Shown here piece by piece: positions 17,412 through 25,239 of a DNA stretch of 32,000 nt (the stretch's first letter is position 1; each line of letters opens with the position of its first letter). The DNA comes from Halorhodospira halophila SL1 (GTDB lineage: Bacteria > Pseudomonadota > Gammaproteobacteria > Nitrococcales > Halorhodospiraceae). The notes beneath the pieces are model-generated. The model ran no database searches. It saw nothing but the letters and a program-made list of their open reading frames with translations, and was not told where the DNA came from. The position numbers and the translations under genes were made by a program. Location of the stretch: the NCBI RefSeq assembly GCF_000015585.1, contig NC_008789.1, forward strand, positions 1,200,001 through 1,232,000, written 5' to 3'.

Positions 17412-19195
17412 AGCGGTTCCTCCCAACTGCGACTCAGGCGCATTGCGGAGTTGATCAGACCGACCATGCTGTAGGTCTGCGGGAAGTTCCCCCAGAGTTC
17501 TCCGGTGTACGGATCGATATCCTCCGAGAGCAGACCCACGTGGTTGCGACATTCGAGCAGGCGCTCGAACAGTGCGCGGGCCTCGGCCTCACGGCCCACC
17601 GCCGCCAGGGCGTCGATGTACCAGAAGGTACAGGTGGTGAAGGCCGTGTGGGGCTTGCCGAAATCGTCCTCGTGGACGTAACGGAAGAGGAAGTCGCCGT
17701 GGCGCAGCTCCTGCTCGACGGCGCGCACGGTCCCGGCCAGGCGCGGGTCTCCGGCACGCAGGAACCCCCACTCGTAGAGCAGCATCAGGCTGGCGTCGAG
17801 GTCCTGGCCGCCGAAACTGGCCATGTAGCTGTTGCGTTGCTCGTTCCAGGCGCTGTTGCGGATGGTGTCGGCCATCTCGTCGGCCCGGCGGCGCCAGTAA
17901 TCAGCCCGCTCCATCAACCCCAGCTTGGCGGCGATGGCACGCAGGTTCCGGGCAGCCGCCCAACAGATCGCCGCCGAGAAGGTATGCACCTTTTCAAAGC
18001 CGCGGAACTCCCAGGGGCCAGCATCCGGCTCGCGGTAGACGGCGACGGCCTGCTCACCGAGCTGCTCGAGACGGCGGAACAGCGATTCATCGCCGCGGCG
18101 GCGCAGCCGCTCGTCGAAGAACAAGTGCGCGGTGGCCAGGATCACTGACCCGTAAACATCGTTCTGCTGCTGCTCGTAGGCCTGGTTGCCGATGCGCACC
18201 GGCCCCATCTCCCGGTATCCGGGCAAGCCGTAGGCGATGGTCTCGTAAAGGTCATCACGCCCGTTGATGCGATACACCGGCCGCAGCGACCGCCCCTCGT
18301 TGCGGGCAGTGGTGTTGATGATGAAGCGCACGTAGTGCTCCATCGTCTTGGTCGCCCCCAGGCGGTTGAGGGCGTTGATCACGAAGTAGGCGTCCCGCAG
18401 CCAACAGTAACGGTAATCCCAGTTGCGGCCGGTGTCCGGGGCCTCGGGGATCGAAGTGGTCACCGCGGCGATCACCGCACCGGTGTCCTCGTAGGTGTTG
18501 AGCTTGAGGGTGATCGCCGCGCGGATCACCGCCTCCTGCCACTCAAAGGGGATGGCCAGGTTGCGCACCCACTCCTGCCAATAGGTTAGGGTGTGCTCAT
18601 AGAACTGGTAGCCGGTCTCACGGGCCGACTGGAGCAGGGTCTCGTCGGGACCGAAGGCCAGCGTCAGGTCGTCCTCGAGGATGAACGGGGTCTCGTCCAG
18701 GACCGCGGTCAACGAGGCGTCGGTGGTCAGGCGCAGGACCTGGCCCGGGCCGACGTAGCGCACGTGGTTGCTGCCCTGAGTCACGCTGGGCAACGACCGG
18801 CCGTGATCGAACACCGGCCGCACCACCAGAGAGACCAGGGGTGAGCCGGCAACCCGACGGACCTGACGGATCAGCTCCACCGGGCGAAAGGTGCGGCCGA
18901 ACTGCTCGAAGCGGGGGGCGAAATCGGTCACCTCCACCACCCCGCCCTGGTGGTCGTAGAGCCGCGTCACCACGATGGCGGTATTGCGAACATACCACTG
19001 CTCGGTGCGGGCCAGCCCCTCCAGCTCGACGGCGAAACGCCCGGCGCCGGCACCGGCCGCGGGATCGCCGAGCAGGGAGCAGAAGACCGGATCGCCATCG
19101 AAGCGGGGCATGCACGCCCAAGTGATCTCGGCCTGGCGGTTGACCAGGGCGGCAAACGCGCAGTTGCCAATCAGGGCTTGGTCGAGCGTGCTCAC
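17408..19195 (-). CDS. glycoside hydrolase family 15 protein (glucoamylase/trehalase-type)
   Basis: The 595-aa ORF has LIGNCAFAALV, TSIPEAPDTGRNWDYRYCWLRDA and YTGELWGNFPQTYSMVGLI, the GH15 catalytic-domain pattern. The GTG start has GAGGAGG upstream. Confidence 0.85.
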   Translation of the reverse strand: MSTLDQALIGNCAFAALVNRQAEITWACMPRFDGDPVFCSLLGDPAAGAGAGRFAVELEGLARTEQWYVRNTAIVVTRLYDHQGGVVEVTDFAPRFEQFGRTFRPVELIRQVRRVAGSPLVSLVVRPVFDHGRSLPSVTQGSNHVRYVGPGQVLRLTTDASLTAVLDETPFILEDDLTLAFGPDETLLQSARETGYQFYEHTLTYWQEWVRNLAIPFEWQEAVIRAAITLKLNTYEDTGAVIAAVTTSIPEAPDTGRNWDYRYCWLRDAYFVINALNRLGATKTMEHYVRFIINTTARNEGRSLRPVYRINGRDDLYETIAYGLPGYREMGPVRIGNQAYEQQQNDVYGSVILATAHLFFDERLRRRGDESLFRRLEQLGEQAVAVYREPDAGPWEFRGFEKVHTFSAAICWAAARNLRAIAAKLGLMERADYWRRRADEMADTIRNSAWNEQRNSYMASFGGQDLDASLMLLYEWGFLRAGDPRLAGTVRAVEQELRHGDFLFRYVHEDDFGKPHTAFTTCTFWYIDALAAVGREAEARALFERLLECRNHVGLLSEDIDPYTGELWGNFPQTYSMVGLINSAMRLSRSWEEPL

Positions 19196-19238
19196 GGGAC
19201 CTCCTCGTCGCTCGGATCCACACTCTCCGGAGGATACT

Positions 19239-19835
19239 CTACTTCCCCCGGGCCGGGTTCGCCTCCCAGGCTACCGCCTCGCCACGCTCGTTGACGGTCA
19301 GCACGCACAGCCCCTGGGGCGGAACGTCCAGCGCGTTGTTGAACTTGGTGGTCATGTTGTGGAATGCCACCAGCCCGGTCAGCTCGATCAGGGCGTCATC
19401 ATCCAAGTGGCGTTTCACCGCCCCGACCACGTCGGCGCTGACCGGGGTCTCACTGCGCGTGACCGCCTCGACGTAGCCGAGCACCACCCGCTCGCGCCCG
19501 GTAAACCCCTCCTGCTCGGCCCAATCGGCGACGGTGCGGATCTTCTCCCACGCCACGCCCTGTTGATGGAGGCTGTGGGCGTTCTGATCAACCGTGAAGG
19601 GGCATTCGTTGAGCTGCCCCACGCGCAGGCCCACTAGGGCGCGCAACCCTGGTTCCAGACCGGCCCGCCGGCGTTCGAAGGCAGCACCGAGCAACAGCAA
19701 CGGCGCCAGCAGCCGAGGCCGGCGCGCCCAGAGGCGGATCGGCTCCGCCACCGACCCGGCACGCCGCCGCTGCCACCAGAACCAGGGGCGCAGGTACCAC
19801 GGGTAGGCACTCAGGGGCATGGGATCTACGTACAT
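19239..19835 (-). CDS. carboxymuconolactone decarboxylase (AhpD-like) family protein
   Basis: YPWYLRPWFWWQRR..., VGQLNECPFTVDQNAH and LIELTGLVAFHNMTTKFNNAL resemble the ~190-aa CMD-family proteins as I recall them. ATG 19835 has GAGGA 5 nt upstream and overlaps the upstream gene's end by 10 nt. Confidence 0.6.
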   Translation of the reverse strand: MYVDPMPLSAYPWYLRPWFWWQRRRAGSVAEPIRLWARRPRLLAPLLLLGAAFERRRAGLEPGLRALVGLRVGQLNECPFTVDQNAHSLHQQGVAWEKIRTVADWAEQEGFTGRERVVLGYVEAVTRSETPVSADVVGAVKRHLDDDALIELTGLVAFHNMTTKFNNALDVPPQGLCVLTVNERGEAVAWEANPARGK

Positions 19836-20266
19836 GGGTGTCCTCGTTCCAGGGGGTACAGGGAGCAGCCGACTGCGGCGCCCGCGGACCCCGCGGTGAT
19901 CGGGTCGGGTGTCGCCCCGAGCCAGCGTAGGTGGCTACCGCACCCGGCCGCACAGTCGCTGGCACCGAAGCCCGGCACCACTACAACACCGCCGTTGCGG
20001 CGGTTGCGCTGACACTCCGGCTCGGTGTGCCGGGTGACCGAAACCACAATGACCCGCGAATCACTCGTCAGGTAATCCAGGTGCCAGCGCTGCGGCTTCT
20101 CCCGGCGCAGGTGCCGTGCGATCCGGGCATCCATGTTGCGCCTGGCGCTGCCCGTGTACACCCACCAGCCGGCCGGAATCGCCACCACGCCGAGCCGCCC
20201 GACCGCGACCCGCATCGCTTCCGTCACGAACAGTGTCAGGCAGTAGGTGGTGGCGTCCTCCTGCAC
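19826..20266 (-). CDS. GIY-YIG nuclease superfamily protein, DUF123 (Uri-like)
   Basis: TYCLTLF...VGRLG...PAGWWVYTGSA...RIARHLRREKPQRWHLDYL...EC...PGFGASDC..C.SHL follows the DUF123 pattern. The GTG start lies 13 nt after the hybrid kinase stop, with GGAGGG 5 nt upstream. Confidence 0.7.
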   Translation of the reverse strand: MQEDATTYCLTLFVTEAMRVAVGRLGVVAIPAGWWVYTGSARRNMDARIARHLRREKPQRWHLDYLTSDSRVIVVSVTRHTEPECQRNRRNGGVVVVPGFGASDCAAGCGSHLRWLGATPDPITAGSAGAAVGCSLYPLERGHPCT

Positions 20267-20279
20267 CGCGGCCCTCCGG

Positions 20280-21848
20280 CTAGCGACTCAACCGGACCTC
20301 CCGGATCAGCGCATCGAGCTGCTCCAGCTCGAAGGGCTTGACGATGTACTCGTTGAACCCCTCGTCCAGGGCCCTGCGGCGCACTTCATCGCTGGCGTCG
20401 GCGCTGACCGCCACCAGCGGCACCGCCTCGAGCTCCGAAATGGCGCGCAGCTGCCGGGCCAGGGCGAAGCCGTCAGTGTCGGGCAGGTGCATGTCGAGCA
20501 GGATCAGATCCGGCTGGACCCGCTGCGCCAGTTCCAGGCCCGTGCGTCCATCGAACGCCTCGAACAGCTCCACGCCCTGACGCTTGGCCACCAGACCGCT
20601 GAGCAGCAGCATGTTCACCCGGTTGTCCTCCACCGCCAGCAGGCGCAGCGGCGGGTCGTCGGCGCGCTCCTCCATCAACCGTGGGTCGAGGCTGGGCGTA
20701 TGATGCCGATCCCAGCCCTCGGCATCGATCCCCGGCAGCGTCAGGCGAAAACGCGACCCCTGATCCGGCACGCTATCGACCAGTTGCAACTCACCGCCCA
20801 TCAGGCGACTGAGCCGCAGAGCCAGCGGCAACCCGATTCCTACACCCTCGATGCTGCCCGTCTCGCGCCCCAGGCGGTCGAAGGTCTCGAACAGGCCGGC
20901 GCGGCACTGCGGGTCGATCCCCAGCCCGCTATCCACCACGTCGACCCAGACCTGCCCGGCGGCGTCGCGCCCGTAGCTAAGGACCACCGAGCCGCCCTCA
21001 CGGTTGTACTTGATGGCGTTGGTCAGCAGGTTCAGCACCACCTGCTTGAGCCGCAGCCGGTCCGCCCAGACGCACACACCTACGGGATGCTCGGGCTCTT
21101 CCAGGCGCAGGCTGACGCTGTACTCGGCGGCCTGATCCCGCACCAGGCGCAGGCAATCCTGCAACAGATCAGGGATGCGCACGGTTTCCGGCGCCAGCGA
21201 AGCCCTGCCGGCCTCGATCCGTGCCAGGTCCAGGATGTCGCCGACCAGATCACGCAGGTGCCAGCCGGCACTGAGGATATGGCGCAGGTACTCGTTGCGG
21301 GTCCGTGTATCCAGCTCCTCGTCGGCGTAGATCAGCTGCGCAAAACCGACAATGGCGTTCAGGGGGGTGCGCAGCTCGTGGCTCATCGCCGAGAGGAACT
21401 CGGACTTGGCCCGGTCGGTCCGCTCGGCGGCCACCCGCGCCTCGGCAAGTTCTGCCTCGCGCGCCTTGTAGTCGTCGATATCGAGCAGGGCGCCGGCCAC
21501 CGCGGTGATCTGCCCGGCGGCGTCATACACCGGGGTTCCAGTCGCCCGTAGCCAGCGCCGCCCACCCCCGGCGGTCAGGGCCTGGAATTCGACGTCGTAG
21601 GCAGTGCCGTAGTCGATGCACTGGCGATAGGCGTCCTGCAGCTGCTGACGGTGCTCGGAGACGTAGCAGGCCAGCCCCTCGCTGGCCGGACGCGGGGTTG
21701 GATCCTCCAGGCCAAAGAGGGCCCGGGCGCGCGGACAAAGCTCGATACACTCGGTGGCGAGGCCGATCCGCCAGGCACCCAGCCCCACGGACGCGGCGGC
21801 CCGGGTGATTAAGTCGTCCGGATCGGACTCGTGGTTCGAACTGGGCAA
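20280..21848 (-). CDS. hybrid sensor histidine kinase/response regulator (PAS - HisKA - HATPase - REC)
   Basis: H-box SHELRTPLNAIVGFAQLI, N-box NLLTNAIKYN and G-boxes DSGLGI / GVGIGL. The C-terminal receiver has LRLLAVEDNRVNMLLL ... DLILLDMHLPDTDG ... KP. TTG start with GAGGG upstream. Confidence 0.85.
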   Translation of the reverse strand: MPSSNHESDPDDLITRAAASVGLGAWRIGLATECIELCPRARALFGLEDPTPRPASEGLACYVSEHRQQLQDAYRQCIDYGTAYDVEFQALTAGGGRRWLRATGTPVYDAAGQITAVAGALLDIDDYKAREAELAEARVAAERTDRAKSEFLSAMSHELRTPLNAIVGFAQLIYADEELDTRTRNEYLRHILSAGWHLRDLVGDILDLARIEAGRASLAPETVRIPDLLQDCLRLVRDQAAEYSVSLRLEEPEHPVGVCVWADRLRLKQVVLNLLTNAIKYNREGGSVVLSYGRDAAGQVWVDVVDSGLGIDPQCRAGLFETFDRLGRETGSIEGVGIGLPLALRLSRLMGGELQLVDSVPDQGSRFRLTLPGIDAEGWDRHHTPSLDPRLMEERADDPPLRLLAVEDNRVNMLLLSGLVAKRQGVELFEAFDGRTGLELAQRVQPDLILLDMHLPDTDGFALARQLRAISELEAVPLVAVSADASDEVRRRALDEGFNEYIVKPFELEQLDALIREVRLSR

Positions 21849-22030
21849 ATGTTCACCCTCAACAGCGCGGCAACGAGCGGTACACAGCCATCGGTGACCA
21901 CTCCCCTACGGTTGTACTGTAGCCCCGCACCGGCATCCGCCCCAACCCCTGCCCGCTCGCACAAACCGCAGCCCGGGGCGATGACTCCGTCGGCAAAAGA
22001 CCGTACTCTGGATCTTACATTAGAACCGTT

Positions 22031-22046
22031 GCGGCCGCGCGGCCGC
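22031..22046. repeat. 16-nt perfect palindrome GCGGCCGCGCGGCCGC immediately upstream of the chemoreceptor RBS
   Basis: Read directly: self-complementary, and ends 7 nt before AAGGAGG (22054-22060). Confidence 0.5.
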
Positions 22047-22068
22047 GGACACTAAGGAGGACGCCGCG

Positions 22069-23667
22069 TTGCGAGTCAATGACCCGGTCACGCAGCGACG
22101 TGTTGCCGTCTGGGATGGCGCCAACATCCTGTCGACTACCGACTCCCGCGGACGGATCCGCTATATCAACGAGGACTTTGTGCGCATCAGCGGCTACCAG
22201 CCGGAAGAGCTGATCGGGCAGCCGCACAACGTCATCCGCCACCCGGACATGCCCCGGGTGGTCTTCGAGCACATGTGGCAACGCCTGCAGGCCGGGCAGC
22301 CGTGGATGGGAATCATCAAGAATCGCTGCAAGAACGGCGATCACTACTGGGTTCACGCCTACGCAACGGCCATCCGCGACGACGCGGGCAACATCACCGA
22401 GATCCAGTCGGTACGTCAGCAGATCAATGACGAGGCGGTGGTCGCCCGAGCCGAGCGCGCTTACAAGCGCCTGCGCGCCGCCGAACCGGACAAGGGGGCA
22501 CTGCCCGCCGGACTGATCGGCCGGCGGGCAGTGGGGAGCGGCGTGTGGCTCGCCGCCGGGGGGACGGCCGCACTACTCGGCGTCATCCTGGCCGCGCTGC
22601 TGCCTATCGGCACCGGGCTCCAGCTGCTGGTCGGCATCGCCGGCGTCTCCGCCTTCGGCGCAGCCAGCCTGCCCATGCTGCGCCAACTCCGCGGTGCGCG
22701 CGACCAGGCCCGCGCCTTGCTCGACGACCCACTCAGCGAGGAGATCTACCTCGGGCGCCGCGACCACGGCGCCTCGATCCAGCTGGCCCTGATCCACCAG
22801 GCCTCCGAGACCCAGGCCATCGCCAAACGCCTGGGTGACGACGCCCGTCAGCTGTCCCAGGAGGCCGCCGGGGCCCGCCAGTCGATGCAGGCGGTACGCG
22901 ACGAGGCGCAGCAGCAGAGCGACGAGACCCGCAGCGTGGCCACCGCCATGGAACAGATGAGCTCCACGGTGCAGGAAGTGGCCCAGAACGCCTCGGCCAC
23001 CGCCGATGCCACCGAGCGGGCTGGCAAGCAGACCGACCGGGGTCGGCAGACCGTCGAGCAGAGCACCGCTGCGGTGCGCTCACTGGTCCAGGGCATCGAG
23101 AACGCCGCGACCACCATCGAGCGGGTCAACGGCGAGGCCGAGCGCATCGGCAAGGCGGCCACGCTCATCGGCAAGATCACCAAGCAGACCCACCTTCTGG
23201 CCCTCAACGCCTCGGTCGAGTCGGCGCGGGCTGGCGAGGCGGGACGCAGCTTCACCGTCGTGGCCGAGGAGGTGCGCAAGCTGGCCGGGCAGACCGCGGA
23301 ATCGACCCGCGAGATCGATGCCATCATCGAGTCGCTACAGAGCGGCTCAGCGGAGGCCGTCGAAGCCATGCGCGAGAGCCGCAACCGTGCCGAGCAGACC
23401 CTCGCCCACGCCGACGAGTCCAGCCAGTCGCTGCAGGAGATCCAGGCCGCGGTGGACGAGATCCGCGATATGGCCGGCCAGATCGCCACCGCCACCGAGC
23501 AGCAGGGGGCCACCTCGCAGGAGATCGCGCGCAGCGTCTCCAGCATCGAGGGGGTGGCCGAACGGGTGACCAGCGAGTCGTTGCAAACCGACCAGCGCCT
23601 ACAGGCGGTCATCGAGCGCATCGCCGGCATCGAGGCCCTGACCGGTCGATTCGTGCGTCGCCGCTGA
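22069..23667 (+). CDS. aer: Aer-like PAS domain-containing methyl-accepting chemotaxis protein
   Basis: The N-terminal PAS region [43 protein letters not shown]...[20 protein letters not shown] closely parallels the E. coli Aer FAD-PAS domain as recalled. A central hydrophobic hairpin follows, then the signalling hairpin [37 protein letters not shown] start, with AAGGAGG 8 nt upstream. Confidence 0.85.
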   Translation: MRVNDPVTQRRVAVWDGANILSTTDSRGRIRYINEDFVRISGYQPEELIGQPHNVIRHPDMPRVVFEHMWQRLQAGQPWMGIIKNRCKNGDHYWVHAYATAIRDDAGNITEIQSVRQQINDEAVVARAERAYKRLRAAEPDKGALPAGLIGRRAVGSGVWLAAGGTAALLGVILAALLPIGTGLQLLVGIAGVSAFGAASLPMLRQLRGARDQARALLDDPLSEEIYLGRRDHGASIQLALIHQASETQAIAKRLGDDARQLSQEAAGARQSMQAVRDEAQQQSDETRSVATAMEQMSSTVQEVAQNASATADATERAGKQTDRGRQTVEQSTAAVRSLVQGIENAATTIERVNGEAERIGKAATLIGKITKQTHLLALNASVESARAGEAGRSFTVVAEEVRKLAGQTAESTREIDAIIESLQSGSAEAVEAMRESRNRAEQTLAHADESSQSLQEIQAAVDEIRDMAGQIATATEQQGATSQEIARSVSSIEGVAERVTSESLQTDQRLQAVIERIAGIEALTGRFVRRR

Positions 23668-23702
23668 TCCGCTATCCGACCCTGACGGGGCGATGCCTCG
23701 TG

Positions 23703-23739
23703 CACGCACTCGCGCGCGCCCCGTGCGCGCGAGTGCGTG
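23703..23739 (+). terminator. perfect 15-bp stem-loop downstream of the chemoreceptor gene
   Basis: CACGCACTCGCGCGC (23703-23717), 7-nt loop, GCGCGCGAGTGCGTG (23725-23739), then TT. It starts 36 nt after the stop. The U-tail is weak. Confidence 0.55.
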
Positions 23740-23811
23740 TTCAGGTAGTGTATAAGCTCTGCGCAACAACTCGATCCGTCCCGGGCGCAGGACCACCAAC
23801 CCTGGATCGCA

Positions 23812-25227
23812 ATGCCTCAAAGCCCGCAATGTGCCAACGTGCCGAGCACTCCGCCGAGCGGTAATGCCGGCCACCATCGAGGGAAGCCCCGCGGCCCTGC
23901 GGAGCAGGCCATCGAGGACCTGCTTGCGCAGGTGCGGCAGTGGCAGTTCAACAACCCGGGGCTCCTGCGGGCCAGTGTGTCCTTCCCGGAGATGGATCCG
24001 CTCGTCTGGCTCGAGACCAACCCGCTGGCCTCACGCTCCTACTGGCAGGACCGGGCCGGGACCATCCGCCTGGCCGGTATCGGTACAGCCTGGCAGTACA
24101 CGGCGGACTCCCCGGACGACCACCCGACCCTGCTGCGCCGCGCCCAGGCCCTGGCGAAGCACCCCGGGGTCCACCTGCTCTGCGCCTTCTCCTTCGACGG
24201 CCAGGCCGGTGCCGGCGAGTGGCAGGGCTTCCCGGCGAGTCTCGCCCTGCTCCCGGCGCTGGAGCTGCAGGGCACCAGCGCCGGCCAGCAGCTGAGCGCC
24301 AACCTCTACGCCGAGAGCGCCAGCGAGCTGCAGCACCGCCAGGACGAACTGATCGCACTCCTGGAGGGTCTGCGCCCGACCACCGAGGCCGAGCACCGCC
24401 CCTCCCGGGTCATCGAACGCGATGAGGATCTGGACTTCGCCGAGTGCAGCAGCCGCATCCGGGCCATCCTCCACGATATCGAACAGGGCCACGTGCATAA
24501 GGCGGTGCTGGCCCGGCAGGTGGCGCTCCGGCTGGACCGCCCGCTGGCCGCCTTTAACGCCCTACGCCGCTGGTCGGCGATCACCGATGGCAGTTACTGC
24601 TTCGCCATCGAGCACGCCGGACGAATCTTCATGGGGTGCTCTCCGGAGCGCCTGTTCTTCCGCAGTGGCCGGTCCGTCCAGACCGAATCCCTGGCCGGCA
24701 CCGTGCGCCGCGGCGAGACCGAGGCCGAGGATGCGGCGCTGGAGGCCTCCCTGCGGGAGGACTCCAAGCTGGTCCGCGAGCACGCCTGGGTCACCCGCTA
24801 CATCCGCGGGGAACTCGAGCCCTGGGCGATCCGGATCGACGCGCCGGAACATGCCAGCGTGCTCAAGCTCGACCGCATCCAGCACCGCAGACTGCCCATC
24901 CAGGCCACCCTGCGCCCGGGGGTCGGCGATCACCAGTTGCTTGATGCCCTCCACCCGACCCCGGCGGTTTGCGGCTTCCCGCGCCGCCGTGCCCAGGACC
25001 TGATCCGCCGTCAGGAGGGCTTCCACCGCGGCTGGTACAGCGGAGTCATCGGCCTGCTCTCCGGCGACGCCTCGGAGCTGGCCGTGGCCATCCGCTCGGC
25101 CCTGGTCGCCGGCGACCAGGCCTGGTGCTACTCCGGCGTAGGCATCGTCCGAGGATCCGAGCCGGAAGCCGAGTGGCAGGAGCTGGAGGCCAAGATCGAA
25201 TCCTTCCTCTCTGCCGTGCAGGGTTAG
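23812..25227 (+). CDS. menF: isochorismate synthase
   Basis: The chorismate-binding fold C-terminus is present: ESLAGT, HPTPAVCGFP, GWYSGVIG and GVGIVRGSEPEAEWQE. It is first in a men gene string. Confidence 0.85.
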   Translation: MPQSPQCANVPSTPPSGNAGHHRGKPRGPAEQAIEDLLAQVRQWQFNNPGLLRASVSFPEMDPLVWLETNPLASRSYWQDRAGTIRLAGIGTAWQYTADSPDDHPTLLRRAQALAKHPGVHLLCAFSFDGQAGAGEWQGFPASLALLPALELQGTSAGQQLSANLYAESASELQHRQDELIALLEGLRPTTEAEHRPSRVIERDEDLDFAECSSRIRAILHDIEQGHVHKAVLARQVALRLDRPLAAFNALRRWSAITDGSYCFAIEHAGRIFMGCSPERLFFRSGRSVQTESLAGTVRRGETEAEDAALEASLREDSKLVREHAWVTRYIRGELEPWAIRIDAPEHASVLKLDRIQHRRLPIQATLRPGVGDHQLLDALHPTPAVCGFPRRRAQDLIRRQEGFHRGWYSGVIGLLSGDASELAVAIRSALVAGDQAWCYSGVGIVRGSEPEAEWQELEAKIESFLSAVQG

Positions 25228-25239
25228 CCGGGGGGCGGC

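Noticed and set aside
21831-22055. 74-aa plus-strand ORF in the divergent region between the hybrid kinase and the chemoreceptor
   Set aside because: It has no SD and a Pro/Ser/Thr/Ala-rich composition, and it overlaps the kinase start. It is most likely non-coding promoter and leader DNA.
23751-23756. TATAAG as a -10 box for the men operon
   Set aside because: No acceptable -35 lies at 16-18 nt; the position falls inside the GC hairpin arm. I left it unannotated.
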